DNA of 64,000 nucleotides from Nitrospirota bacterium. Lineage in GTDB: Bacteria; Nitrospirota; UBA9217. Under the pieces are notes generated by a model. That model did not search any database. It worked only from the letters and a program-made list of their open reading frames with translations, and had not been told where the DNA came from. The position numbers and the translations under genes are program-made. The stretch spans positions 88,047-152,046 of the forward strand of contig JAGVOT010000123.1 of the NCBI GenBank assembly GCA_020052615.1. Reading direction: 5' to 3'. Positions 15,516 to 25,353 of the stretch are shown here, piece after piece (position 1 is the stretch's first letter; each line of letters begins with the position of its first letter).

Positions 15516-16472
15516 ATGGTTAGGGAGGTTTTTGTAATGGGCCTTGTGGTCATCGGCGTCGATCTCGGCGGGACGAATTTGCGGACCGCACTGGTGAGTC
15601 AAAACGGTGCGGTTGCTGACAAGGTCAAGGAACCTACTCGCGCGTCAGACGGTCATGCAAAGGTCGTTCAGAAACTGATCGAGAGCATCAAAGCGCAGCA
15701 GGTACGCGCGCTTCGCAGCGGGAATGCGGTCGCCGCAGTCGGCGTTGGTGTTCCCGGTGTGATCCATGCCCATACCGGTGTGGTCGTCAAATCGCCTAAT
15801 TTTCCTGACTGGAACAATCTTCCTCTCAAAAAGGACCTGGAAGCATCGCTTGCCCTGCCGGTCTTCATTGAGAACGACGCGAACGCAGCGGCACTCGGCG
15901 AGCAATGGCGCGGCGCCGGACAGGGTATAAAAAGCATGATCCTGCTCACGCTCGGTACCGGCGTGGGTGGAGGCATCATTCTGGACGGCAGGATCTGGGC
16001 GGGAGCGGATGGTATGGCAGGGGAGATCGGCCATATGACCATCATGCCCGACGGCAGACGATGCGGCTGCGGCAATACGGGATGCCTTGAAATGTACGCC
16101 TCGAGCCGAGGGATCGTCATGACCTATCAGGAACGATCATCCCTCACGGCGATGATCACGTCCGAAGAGATCTACCAGTCTGCCAGGGATGGCGATGTGC
16201 TGTCGGGCGACGTGCTCAAGGATATGGGCCGTCTGCTCGGGATCGGAATAGCGAACCTGATCAATATCTTCAATCCGGAGATGATCGTCATCGGCGGCGG
16301 GGTGAAGGACGCATGGCCGCTTTTCATTGAATCGACGCGCGCGGAGATCAGGAAGCGCGCTTTCGAATATCCTGCAACACGAACGAAGATCGTCCCTTCC
16401 ATGCTCGGCGATGATGCCGGCGTGATCGGTGCCGCCGCTCTGGCGTTTCAGAAATTGAACACTGTTCATTAG
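15516..16472 (+). CDS. ROK-family sugar kinase (glucokinase-like)
   Basis: N-terminal ATP-binding DLGGTN. ROK signature with a CxCGxxGCxE zinc motif (CGCGNTGCLE). Confidence 0.85.
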   Translation: MVREVFVMGLVVIGVDLGGTNLRTALVSQNGAVADKVKEPTRASDGHAKVVQKLIESIKAQQVRALRSGNAVAAVGVGVPGVIHAHTGVVVKSPNFPDWNNLPLKKDLEASLALPVFIENDANAAALGEQWRGAGQGIKSMILLTLGTGVGGGIILDGRIWAGADGMAGEIGHMTIMPDGRRCGCGNTGCLEMYASSRGIVMTYQERSSLTAMITSEEIYQSARDGDVLSGDVLKDMGRLLGIGIANLINIFNPEMIVIGGGVKDAWPLFIESTRAEIRKRAFEYPATRTKIVPSMLGDDAGVIGAAALAFQKLNTVH

Positions 16473-16541
16473 GGTTCCCTGACACGGGATGTCGTTTGCC
16501 CTACGCCCGTGAGGGTCATCCGCGGCAGCCAACAAGGAGTC

Positions 16542-18353
16542 ATGTCAGAAAAGCACATACGAAATTTCTGCATCATCGCCCATATTGACCATGGAAAGTC
16601 GACCCTTGCCGACAGGATCCTTGAATATACCGGCGCTCTTTCCGACCGGGAGATGGCCGCGGCCGGCAGGGATCAGGTGCTCGACAATATGGACCTTGAG
16701 CGCGAGCGGGGCATCACCATTAAGGCACACGCCGTTCGGCTGACCTACAAGGCCTCCGACGGCAAGGAATACGTGCTGAACCTCATCGACACGCCCGGCC
16801 ATGTCGACTTTACCTACGAGGTCTCCCGCAGCATGGCGGCCTGCGAGGGCGCGCTCCTCGTGGTGGACGCGTCCCAGGGCGTCGAGGCCCAGACGCTGGC
16901 GAACGTCTACCTGGCACTGGACCGCAACCTGGAGATCATCCCGGTGATCAACAAGATCGACCTCCCCAGCGCCGACGTGGAGGGGGCAAAGCACCAGATC
17001 GAAGAGGTCATCGGACTGGATGCATCCGGGGCGATCCCGGCAAGCGCAAAACAGGGCATCGGGATCAGGGAAATCCTGGAATCGGTGATCAAGAACATTC
17101 CTGCCCCCGTGGGCGATCCCGCTGCGCCGCTGAAAGCGCTCCTGTTCGATTCGTGGTACGACACCTACCAGGGCGTCGTTGTCCTGGTCAGGGTCATGGA
17201 GGGGGCCGTGCGGCCGAACCAGAAGATCAAGCTCTGGTCCACGGGGGCGCTCCATGAGGTCCAGTCCGTGGGCGTATTTACGCCCAAGATGTCGCAGAGG
17301 AACGAGTTGTCGCCCGGCGAGGTGGGATACATCATTGCGGGCATCAAGCGCGTGGCAGACGCCAAGATCGGCGATACCATCACCGACGCGCTTGATCCGG
17401 CCGCGCAGCCGCTCCCGGGCTACAAGGAAGTAAAACCCATGGTATTTTCCGGCCTCTATCCGACGGTCAGCGAGGACTATGCCGACCTGAAGGATGCGCT
17501 GGAAAAGCTCCGGCTGAACGATTCATCGTTCACCTACGAGCCGGAGACATCGCTGGCGCTGGGCTTCGGCTTCCGCTGCGGGTTCCTGGGGCTGCTTCAC
17601 ATGGACATCATCAAGGAGCGTCTCGAACGGGAGTTCAAACTCTCGCTGATCCCCACGGCGCCGACGGTGATCTATCAGGTGACCAAGAACAACGGCGATG
17701 TCGTGCTCATCGACAATCCGGCGAAGCTTCCGGATATCCAGGAAATCCTGAAGATCGAGGAGCCGTTCATCATCGCTTCGATCATCACTCCCGAGCAGTA
17801 CGTGGGACCGCTGATCGCCCTCTGCCAGGAACGGCGGGGGAACCAGAAGGAGATCACCTATATCACCAAGGACCGGGTGGTGATACGCTACGAGCTGCCG
17901 CTGAACGAGATCGTCATGGATTTCTATGACCGCCTCAAGTCTCTGACCAAGGGATACGCGTCGATGGATTACGATCTGTCAGGATACGTCGAATCTGACC
18001 TCGTGAAGCTCGACATGCTCATGAACAGCGAACCGGTGGACGCACTCTCGCTGATCACCCATCGGGACAAGGCGGCCGTTCGTGGGCGCCAGCTTGCCGA
18101 AAAGCTCAAAGAGGTCATCCCGCGGCAGATGTATGAAGTCATCATTCAGGCCGCGATCGGGTCAAAGATCATCTCCCGCGAGACAGTGCGGGCGCTTCGC
18201 AAGGATGTGACGGCGAAGTGCTACGGCGGCGATATCACCCGGAAACGAAAGCTCCTCGAAAAACAGAAAGAGGGGAAGAAGAAGATGAAGCAGATCGGCA
18301 GCATCGAACTGCCGCAGGAGGCATTCCTCGCGGTACTGAAGGTCGGGGAGTAG
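16542..18353 (+). CDS. lepA: Elongation factor 4 (ribosomal back-translocase)
   Basis: G1 motif AHIDHGKST plus G2-G4 motifs. The LepA-specific C-terminal domain is present. The ORF can extend to 16509, but 16542 (MSEKHIRNF) matches the usual LepA start. Confidence 0.93.
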   Translation: MSEKHIRNFCIIAHIDHGKSTLADRILEYTGALSDREMAAAGRDQVLDNMDLERERGITIKAHAVRLTYKASDGKEYVLNLIDTPGHVDFTYEVSRSMAACEGALLVVDASQGVEAQTLANVYLALDRNLEIIPVINKIDLPSADVEGAKHQIEEVIGLDASGAIPASAKQGIGIREILESVIKNIPAPVGDPAAPLKALLFDSWYDTYQGVVVLVRVMEGAVRPNQKIKLWSTGALHEVQSVGVFTPKMSQRNELSPGEVGYIIAGIKRVADAKIGDTITDALDPAAQPLPGYKEVKPMVFSGLYPTVSEDYADLKDALEKLRLNDSSFTYEPETSLALGFGFRCGFLGLLHMDIIKERLEREFKLSLIPTAPTVIYQVTKNNGDVVLIDNPAKLPDIQEILKIEEPFIIASIITPEQYVGPLIALCQERRGNQKEITYITKDRVVIRYELPLNEIVMDFYDRLKSLTKGYASMDYDLSGYVESDLVKLDMLMNSEPVDALSLITHRDKAAVRGRQLAEKLKEVIPRQMYEVIIQAAIGSKIISRETVRALRKDVTAKCYGGDITRKRKLLEKQKEGKKKMKQIGSIELPQEAFLAVLKVGE

Positions 18354-18461
18354 GGGACAAGGACATCGTGCAATTTACAATTTAAAGTTTGACGCATCAA
18401 AGTACAGACAGTATTTCCAGATTTATACTTTACAATGCGGCGTCTGCCGCGTGGAGGGTTG

Positions 18462-19172
18462 ATGTCAGAGTCAGCACAGCAGGAGCCAAGGCAGAAGAAG
18501 TCATTCTACAAGGAATGGATCGAGCCGTTCCTGATAGCGGCGGTCGTAGCCTTGTTCATCCGTCAATTCGTCGTCGAAGCGTTCAAGATACCATCGGGTT
18601 CAATGATCCCGACGCTCACCATCGGCGATCACCTTCTCGTGAACAAGTTCCTCTACGGACCGAGGATACCATTTACGGACATCCGGTTCTTCTCCGGAAA
18701 GGAGCCAAAGCGTGGGGACATCATTGTCTTCAAGTTCCCCGAGGATGAAAGCAAGAACTTCATCAAGCGCGTTGTTGGCGTGCCGCAGGACAAGATCGAG
18801 ATCAGAAAGGGTGTTTTGCTGATCAACGACCAACCGGTGCCGGTCAACGACCTGGGACATTCCGGCGACGAGGAGCAGGGCCCGGTGCAGCAGCCGGGTT
18901 GGCCGCGTCTGCTCGATGAACAGCTCGGGAACGTGAAGCACCGGATTCAGTATCTCCATGATCAAAAGGATACGAACTTCGGGCCGGTCCTGGTCCCGAA
19001 GGACTCGGTTTTCGTCATGGGAGATAATCGGGACAACAGCCAGGACAGCAGGGTCTGGAAATTCGTAAAATATGAGAAGATCCTCGGCAAAGCGCTCATC
19101 ATTTACTGGTCCTGGGACGGGAACAACGGTCGGTGGCTTCGATGGGAACGGATAGGCAACCTGATCAGATAA
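18462..19172 (+). CDS. lepB: Signal peptidase I
   Basis: Box B SGSMIPTL with the catalytic Ser, box D KRVVGVPQD with the Lys, and box E GDNRDNSQDSR. Immediately downstream of lepA. Confidence 0.9.
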   Translation: MSESAQQEPRQKKSFYKEWIEPFLIAAVVALFIRQFVVEAFKIPSGSMIPTLTIGDHLLVNKFLYGPRIPFTDIRFFSGKEPKRGDIIVFKFPEDESKNFIKRVVGVPQDKIEIRKGVLLINDQPVPVNDLGHSGDEEQGPVQQPGWPRLLDEQLGNVKHRIQYLHDQKDTNFGPVLVPKDSVFVMGDNRDNSQDSRVWKFVKYEKILGKALIIYWSWDGNNGRWLRWERIGNLIR

Positions 19173-19182
19173 GGAGGCACCA

Positions 19183-19575
19183 ATGCGTATCATAGACAGC
19201 GAGAGCGGCGTCAGCAGCATGAAGGTCATGATCTGGCTGGTGATTCTAGGCGCCGGATTCTACGCGGGGATCACCTATCTAGCGGTCCAGCTGGATTTTC
19301 AGAGGATGCAAGACGCCATGACCAGCAAGGCGAGTGTGGCGCAGGTGCTTAAGGATGAAGAAATACGGAACGATCTCTTGCGCAAGGCAATAGAACTCGG
19401 GCTCCCGCTCACGGGCGATAACTTCGTCATCATTCGTGACGAGGATAAGAACATGATGACCATCAAAACAGCGTGGGACGTAGAGGTCCATTATTTCGGA
19501 GGCCTTTGCGGTGACCTGTGCACTAAGAAATATCATTTTGAACCTGTGGCGCAAGAAAAGATCATCACTAAATAA
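19183..19575 (+). CDS. Small membrane-anchored hypothetical protein (DUF4845-like, often found after lepB)
   Basis: 130 aa with one N-terminal TM segment (VMIWLVILGAGFYAGITYLAV). Its position directly after lepB suggests operon membership. Confidence 0.45.
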   Translation: MRIIDSESGVSSMKVMIWLVILGAGFYAGITYLAVQLDFQRMQDAMTSKASVAQVLKDEEIRNDLLRKAIELGLPLTGDNFVIIRDEDKNMMTIKTAWDVEVHYFGGLCGDLCTKKYHFEPVAQEKIITK

Positions 19576-19586
19576 GGGACCTGCGG

Positions 19587-20489
19587 TTGAACGAAGGGGA
19601 TGCGACAGTGATCCGAAGCATGACCGGTTACGGAAGAAGCGACGTCAGGGACGCAGCGGGCAGTTTTACCATAGAGATGCGTTCGGTGAACAACCGCTAT
19701 CTCGATGTGCAGATAAAGCTGCCGAGAAGTCTCAATGCCTTGGAACCGCGTATCAGGAAGTCGGTCCAGGATGGTTTTTCCCGCGGCAGGATCGACGTAT
19801 TTATTTCACGCAGCAGCGGTGAATCGACGCCATTCAAGTTCGCCGTCGATTTTGAACGGGCAGAGCAGTATATCGGAGTACTCAGAGATCTGAAGGCCCG
19901 TTTCTCCCTACCCGGCGAGGTGGACCTGTCCCTGCTCAATGCGCTCCCTGATATCATCGGCAAGGAAGAGGTCACTGAGGATATGGAATCGGTCTGGACC
20001 TTGCTTTCGGCAGGCATTGGGCAGGCGGTGTCATCACTCAGGACCATGCGTGAACATGAAGGGGAATCGCTGGCCGGGGACATCGCCGGCCGTTTGAAGG
20101 CCATCGACGAGCTGGTCAACGCCATTCGCACCCGCACACCGGAGGTCGTCGAACAGGCAAGGACCCGGATGACAGAGGCCCTCGAGAGGATGCTCAAGGA
20201 ACAGCCGGACCCGTCCCGGTTGGCGCAGGAGATCGCCATTCTTGCGGAGCGCACCGATGTGACCGAGGAGATCACCCGCCTGGGCAGCCACACCGGACAA
20301 TTCCTTTCGCTGATCCGGGGAACGGGCAAGGAACCGGTTGGACGAAAACTTGATTTCCTGATCCAGGAGATGGGCCGCGAAGTAAACACGATCGCTTCCA
20401 AGGCCCTCGATGCGGAGATCTCCCTGCAGGTCGTGACCATCAAGGCTGAATTGGAAAAGATACGGGAACAGGTTCAGAACATTGAGTAG
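19587..20489 (+). CDS. yicC: YicC-family stress-induced protein (YicC_N + DUF1732)
   Basis: N-terminus IRSMTGYGRS is typical of YicC. The C-terminal DUF1732 segment (EITRLGSHTGQF) is present. The start could instead be an internal GTG or ATG at ~19608-19620. Confidence 0.8.
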   Translation: MNEGDATVIRSMTGYGRSDVRDAAGSFTIEMRSVNNRYLDVQIKLPRSLNALEPRIRKSVQDGFSRGRIDVFISRSSGESTPFKFAVDFERAEQYIGVLRDLKARFSLPGEVDLSLLNALPDIIGKEEVTEDMESVWTLLSAGIGQAVSSLRTMREHEGESLAGDIAGRLKAIDELVNAIRTRTPEVVEQARTRMTEALERMLKEQPDPSRLAQEIAILAERTDVTEEITRLGSHTGQFLSLIRGTGKEPVGRKLDFLIQEMGREVNTIASKALDAEISLQVVTIKAELEKIREQVQNIE

Positions 20490-20745
20490 GCGTAACGAAA
20501 GCACGCTGGTGAATATCGGCTACGGCAGCGTGTTCATGTCCGCGAAGATGGCCGCTGTCCTGCCTCCGGAATCGGCGCCGATGCGCCGTCTTAAGGGCGA
20601 CGCGAAGGAGCGGAACATGCTGGACGACGCAACCCAGGGGAGAAAAAACCTGTCCTTCATCATCACCGACAGCGATCATGTCATACTCTCGGCAGTGCAG
20701 GTGGAAACGCTTACACAGCGTTTCTACGGGGGGGAGGGAGCATGA
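20482..20745 (+). CDS. DUF370 / RemA-family small regulatory protein
   Basis: 87 aa. The yicC - DUF370 - gmk order matches the known conserved arrangement, and the neighbours overlap in ATGA/TGA fashion. Confidence 0.7.
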   Translation: MSRRNESTLVNIGYGSVFMSAKMAAVLPPESAPMRRLKGDAKERNMLDDATQGRKNLSFIITDSDHVILSAVQVETLTQRFYGGEGA

Positions 20746-21353
20746 CCCGTCGGGATGGGATCCTTTTCGTTGTTTCGGCGCCGTCGGGCGCGGGGAAAAC
20801 AACTCTCTGCACCGCGATCACTGACTCTCTGGAGAACCTGACCCATTCCATTTCGTATACGACCCGGAAGCCGCGGCCCGGTGAGATCGACGGCCGGGAT
20901 TACTATTTCGTGTCGGAAGAGCGTTTCAAGGAAATGATGCTGGCCGGTGACTTTGCCGAGCATGCGGTGGTCCATGCAAATCACTATGGTACCTCAAAAC
21001 GGGTGCTTCTTGACATGGTCAAGGAAGGCGTCGATGTGATCCTTGATATTGACACCCAGGGAGCCCGGCAGATAAAGGACCATTGCGCTGCGGCCGTCTT
21101 CATTTTCATCATGCCTCCTTCGATGGCCATTCTCGAAGAGCGTCTTCGGAACCGGAGGTCGGACCGGGAGGATGAGATCAGGAAACGGATGCAGCGCGCC
21201 ATCGACGAGATCAGGGATTTCGCGCTCTATGACTACATCGTCGTAAACCGAGATTTTGAGCGTGCGCTCTCGGAGCTCCGTTCCATCATCGTGGCCGAAC
21301 GCTGCCGAACCAAACTGCTCCAGGTGAACTGGATAGAAGAACTGTTGAAATGA
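20742..21353 (+). CDS. gmk: Guanylate kinase
   Basis: P-loop SAPSGAGKTT. Conserved YYF and RxxRR motifs. Confidence 0.92.
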   Translation: MTRRDGILFVVSAPSGAGKTTLCTAITDSLENLTHSISYTTRKPRPGEIDGRDYYFVSEERFKEMMLAGDFAEHAVVHANHYGTSKRVLLDMVKEGVDVILDIDTQGARQIKDHCAAAVFIFIMPPSMAILEERLRNRRSDREDEIRKRMQRAIDEIRDFALYDYIVVNRDFERALSELRSIIVAERCRTKLLQVNWIEELLK

Positions 21354-21386
21354 CAATAAATTCGAATAGTACCGTGGAGGTGAACA

Positions 21387-21824
21387 ATGCTTAAGAACGC
21401 AGAAGACATTATCTCATTGCCGATCGAGATCAGGCCAAAGATGGCTGACTCCAAGTTCCGGCTGGTGCACATCGCATCCCAGCGGGTGCGGGAGCTCTCA
21501 GCAGGTGAACCGCCGATGGTGAACTCGAGATCGATCAAGGACACTACCATTGCCCTTGAGGAAAGCCTGCTCGGCGCCTACAAGGTCACCATTGGTCCTG
21601 AGGCAATGGTCGCGAAAGAAGAGCTTCGCAAACGCAAGGAACAGCAGCGGCTCGAGGAACAGCTCTCCGCCAAAGAGGAAGAGATCCGGAAGGAGCTGTC
21701 AGCCTATCTTACGGATACCCAGGATGAGCAGGGCGAGGGAGAACTCGGCGAGGGAGATGCTGCCGAAGATGAGGCGGAACCATCCGATGAGACCGCCGAT
21801 GAAGCTGAATCGACCGAAGAGTAG
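21387..21824 (+). CDS. rpoZ: DNA-directed RNA polymerase subunit omega with a long acidic C-terminal extension
   Basis: Core omega motif KFRLVHIASQRVREL. The C-terminal ~60 aa are Glu/Asp-rich. The gmk-rpoZ-coaBC synteny supports the call. The start may be at 21441 (MADSKF). Confidence 0.7.
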   Translation: MLKNAEDIISLPIEIRPKMADSKFRLVHIASQRVRELSAGEPPMVNSRSIKDTTIALEESLLGAYKVTIGPEAMVAKEELRKRKEQQRLEEQLSAKEEEIRKELSAYLTDTQDEQGEGELGEGDAAEDEAEPSDETADEAESTEE

Positions 21825-21842
21825 CAGGAGAAAGGTCCCGGC

Positions 21843-23039
21843 ATGATCTCCGGAAAACGCATCCTATTGGGGGTAAGCGGAGGAATAGCGGCCTATAAGG
21901 CCGTTGATGTCCTGCGGCGGCTTCGGGAACAGGACGCCGAAGTAAGGGTCGTCATGACCCGGAACGCCACCCGGTTCGTGTCGGCGCTGACCTTTTCGGC
22001 CCTGAGCGGAATGCCGGTGTTGACCGACGAGTTTGCCGAAGGGGACCGGGGCAGCATGGGGCATATTGCCGTGACCGACGGTCTTGACCTCGCTCTGGTC
22101 GTTCCGGCAACGGCCAATATCATCGGCAAGATGGCCGCGGGCATCGCTGATGATGCCCTGTCCACTGCGCTCATGGCGGCAGACTGTCCTATCATCGTCG
22201 CGCCTGCCATGAACGACCGCATGTACCGGAACGCTGTCCTCCAGAGGAATATTGCAGGCCTCAGGTCGGTAGGGGTCCGGTTCGTTGACCCTGAAACCGG
22301 CGTCCTTGCCTGCGGTACGAAGGGCCAGGGAAGGCTGGCCATACCGGAGACCATCCTGGAGGCGGTTGTCGCGGTCCTTTCACCGAAGTCCCTGGCGGGG
22401 GTCAACGTCCTGGTGACCGCGGGGCCGACACGGGAGCCGATCGATGCGGTGCGGTTCATCAGTAATCCTTCCACCGGGAAGATGGGGTACGCACTTGCAG
22501 CAGCAGCCCGTGACCGTGGCGCAACGGTCTTGCTTGTATCAGGACCGACCCAACTACCCACCCCGCAAGGGATCGACCTCATCTCAGTGACTACTGCAGC
22601 CCAGATGGACCGCGCTGTAAAGGACCATGCAGGGCGGTGTCAAGTCATTATCATGGCAGCAGCCGTGTCGGATTTTCGGCCGCTGGGGGCATCGGACCGC
22701 AAGATCAAGAAGAACAGCGCCCTTTTACAGATACAACTTGAGCCGACCACGGATATTCTGCAAGATCTTGGCGAGAAGAAAGAACGGCGTATTCTCGTTG
22801 GTTTTGCCGCAGAGACAGACGCACCTATCCTGAGCGCCCGCGAAAAACTTGCCCGAAAGAACCTCGACCTTATCATTGCAAACGACATCACGGTGCCCGG
22901 ATCGGGTTTTGCCGTTGACACGAACAAGGCGATCTTGATCGATCGCGAAGGATCGGTGGATGAGTTGCCGAGCATGTCGAAGGCGGAACTGGCAGGAAGA
23001 ATCATCGATAAGATCGTAGAACTTAAGAAAAATCAATGA
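21843..23039 (+). CDS. coaBC: Bifunctional phosphopantothenoylcysteine decarboxylase / phosphopantothenate-cysteine ligase
   Basis: 398 aa. N-terminal flavoprotein domain (GVSGGIAAYK, PAMN) and a C-terminal CoaB domain. Confidence 0.92.
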   Translation: MISGKRILLGVSGGIAAYKAVDVLRRLREQDAEVRVVMTRNATRFVSALTFSALSGMPVLTDEFAEGDRGSMGHIAVTDGLDLALVVPATANIIGKMAAGIADDALSTALMAADCPIIVAPAMNDRMYRNAVLQRNIAGLRSVGVRFVDPETGVLACGTKGQGRLAIPETILEAVVAVLSPKSLAGVNVLVTAGPTREPIDAVRFISNPSTGKMGYALAAAARDRGATVLLVSGPTQLPTPQGIDLISVTTAAQMDRAVKDHAGRCQVIIMAAAVSDFRPLGASDRKIKKNSALLQIQLEPTTDILQDLGEKKERRILVGFAAETDAPILSAREKLARKNLDLIIANDITVPGSGFAVDTNKAILIDREGSVDELPSMSKAELAGRIIDKIVELKKNQ

Positions 23040-23108
23040 CTTTGACTTGACTTTCAGAAACGATATCTGGTACAATCATCAAAATTTGGACCTCGCTCTA
23101 CCTACTCC

Positions 23109-24476
23109 ATGGAGAAAGCAAAAGCAGAAATAGAGAAATTGGCGGAGCGGATCGCCAAGGATCCCAAATCGAAGCTCTTTGTGCCTCTTGCTGAGGAGCA
23201 TAAGAAGGCCGGGGATATCGAAACAGCCATACGTGTGCTGACCGATGGCCTGAAGCATAATCCCGGTTACGTCACTGCGCGATCATTTCTGGGCAGGCTT
23301 CTCATGGATAAGGGGGACCTGGCCGGGGCGCAGAAGGAACTGGAAGAGGTCATTAAGACCATCCCTGACAATCTTCTGGCGCAGCGCAAGCTTGGTGATA
23401 TTTACGTCCTTCAGGGGCGGGGGATGGACGCGTTACCGCGGTATAAGGCGGCGCTCGCATTGAATCCCGGTGACAAGGATATCCCGTCGCTGCTTGCAGA
23501 CATTGAAGCAGGAAAGGATGTTTCTTCCCGCATACCGAGGCCGAAAACTCCGGCAATACCTCCCGACATTAAGGCGCAACCAGTCCCAGCAGCGACCGCT
23601 CCACCTAAGGCGGCACCGACCGCGGCCCCCAAGACCGCAGCAGCGCCGCAAGCCGCCACACCTGCTCAAAATGCCCCTGTAGCGGCTCGACCGCAGGCCG
23701 CCCTGAAGGGAGAGCAGACATCAACTGCCCCTGTTCCCCCTGTTAAAGCCGCAGTTCCTGCTCCCCCGCAGCCGCAGGCGCCCGACGAGGCCGAGGTGAT
23801 CGAGGATATTGTTGAGCTTGAGTCGCTGGACCACGCTGTGGCGGCTGCTGAAACCAGGACATCTTCTCCCGATGCGTTCCCGCCGTCTGTTCCCTTCGAC
23901 CTGAGCGAACCTCCGAGCGAAGCGGCATCGGGCGCTGAAGAACGGGAGGCGACGACCTGGGATGTCGCAGAACCGGCGAGACACGTCCAAGCCGAGCAGT
24001 CAGGGCCGGACCAGGGCAGCGACGATCTGAACACGAATACCCTTGCTGAACTCTATATATCCCAGGGTTTTTACGATAAGGCCATCGAGATCTATCAGGG
24101 AATGCTGAATGATCGGCCGGGAAACGCCGCTTTGCAGCAGAAGCTCGAACAGATCAGGGCCATGGCCGGAGCGTCTGACAAGGGTCAGGAACTGTTTACC
24201 GCGGCAGCCTCAGGTCCGGGAGAATACACCCCTCCGGCTGCGGAAGTTATTCCCGAGACCCCGACGACCGCACCTGAAAAAACACCTCCACCGGCAGATG
24301 CATCCTCTCGCAAGGAAGCGGAGCCCCGTGAACCAGCTCCTCAGATGACCGTTCAGGATCCATCAGGGGAACACACTTCTCCTCGCGGACCACAGACAGC
24401 CACGACCAGAAGAAAAGAAACGATCGAGCGGCTTGAGTCGTGGTTGAACACCATCATGAAGGAGAAACAGGAATAA
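23109..24476 (+). CDS. TPR-repeat protein with a long Pro/Ala-rich low-complexity linker
   Basis: N-terminal TPR units. A ~200 aa P/A/Q-rich segment follows, then a second TPR pair (AELYISQGFYDKAIEIYQGML). Its stop abuts the start of the next gene (TAAATG). Confidence 0.6.
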   Translation: MEKAKAEIEKLAERIAKDPKSKLFVPLAEEHKKAGDIETAIRVLTDGLKHNPGYVTARSFLGRLLMDKGDLAGAQKELEEVIKTIPDNLLAQRKLGDIYVLQGRGMDALPRYKAALALNPGDKDIPSLLADIEAGKDVSSRIPRPKTPAIPPDIKAQPVPAATAPPKAAPTAAPKTAAAPQAATPAQNAPVAARPQAALKGEQTSTAPVPPVKAAVPAPPQPQAPDEAEVIEDIVELESLDHAVAAAETRTSSPDAFPPSVPFDLSEPPSEAASGAEEREATTWDVAEPARHVQAEQSGPDQGSDDLNTNTLAELYISQGFYDKAIEIYQGMLNDRPGNAALQQKLEQIRAMAGASDKGQELFTAAASGPGEYTPPAAEVIPETPTTAPEKTPPPADASSRKEAEPREPAPQMTVQDPSGEHTSPRGPQTATTRRKETIERLESWLNTIMKEKQE

Positions 24477-24833
24477 ATGTCCTTCGCCGATATCCTCAGA
24501 GAGGTCGTGAACGGTACCGAAGGTGCCCTGGGTGCGCTTGTGGTAGGGGTCGACGGGATCCCTGTCGATGAATATTCCATCACGAAAGACATCGATCTTC
24601 AATCCATGACGGTCGAGTATGCCACGCTCCTGAAAGAGATCGAACGGGGATCGCAGGCCTCCCAGCTTGGTTCCACGAGGGAGGTCACGGTCATTGCTGA
24701 CGCGGCCATGATCCTGCTTCGACGGCTCACTGAAGAGTATTTTATGGTGTTGATCATCCGGCCCGACGGGAACTTCGGCAAGGGAAGGTTCCTCCTGCGA
24801 ATGTCCGTTCCGAAGCTGCTGAAGGAATTCTGA
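24477..24833 (+). CDS. Roadblock/LC7-domain protein (MglB-like)
   Basis: 118 aa. The roadblock fold signature is present (GALGALVVGVDGIPVDEY...VIADAAMILLRRL). Translationally coupled to the TPR gene. Confidence 0.65.
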   Translation: MSFADILREVVNGTEGALGALVVGVDGIPVDEYSITKDIDLQSMTVEYATLLKEIERGSQASQLGSTREVTVIADAAMILLRRLTEEYFMVLIIRPDGNFGKGRFLLRMSVPKLLKEF

Positions 24834-24864
24834 CCGCTGAGGACCAACGCAGGAGAGTACGTTT

Positions 24865-24895
24865 CTAAAAACTGCCTCAGGCAGTTTTTTATTTT
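24865..24895 (+). terminator. Rho-independent terminator
   Basis: CTGCC-tca-GGCAG hairpin followed by TTTTTTATTTT. Confidence 0.6.
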
Positions 24896-24906
24896 CCGGG
24901 AGGACC

Positions 24907-25353
24907 ATGAAAATCCTGGTAATGCACGGACCGAACCTCAATCTGCTGGGAAAACGGGAGCCCCATATCTATGGCACCGTCACCCTCGATGAGATCAACG
25001 GGCAGCTGGCGGCGCTGGCGAAGGAACTGGGGGCGGAGATTACCTGCTTCCAGTCGAACCACGAGGGAGAATTGGTTCAGAAGATCCAGGATGCCATGGG
25101 CCAGTACCAGGCCGTCGTGATCAATCCGGGGGCCTATACCCATACGAGCGTCGCGCTTCGCGATGCCATCGCATCGACGGGTATTCTTGCCGTGGAGGTG
25201 CATCTCTCGAACATCTACCGCAGGGAGGAGTTCCGTCAGCATTCGTTCATCTCCGGTGTGGCTGCAGGCCAGATAACAGGCTTTGGGCCCGGGAGCTATC
25301 TTCTCGGGCTCCGCGCAGCGGTCCAAGCGGCGAGGTTCGCGGCAGGTCGATGA
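24907..25353 (+). CDS. aroQ: Type II 3-dehydroquinate dehydratase
   Basis: Translation begins [23 protein letters not shown] and contains the NPGAYTHTS signature. Confidence 0.92.
   Translation: MKILVMHGPNLNLLGKREPHIYGTVTLDEINGQLAALAKELGAEITCFQSNHEGELVQKIQDAMGQYQAVVINPGAYTHTSVALRDAIASTGILAVEVHLSNIYRREEFRQHSFISGVAAGQITGFGPGSYLLGLRAAVQAARFAAGR

Noticed and set aside
23520-23830. Pro/Ala-rich segment of the TPR protein and the Ala/Val-rich tail of FecR-1 (49300-49600) as possible nucleotide tandem repeats or CRISPR-like arrays.
   Set aside because: They are repetitive at the amino-acid level only. There are no regular direct nucleotide repeats or spacers, and no CRISPR array exists in the window.
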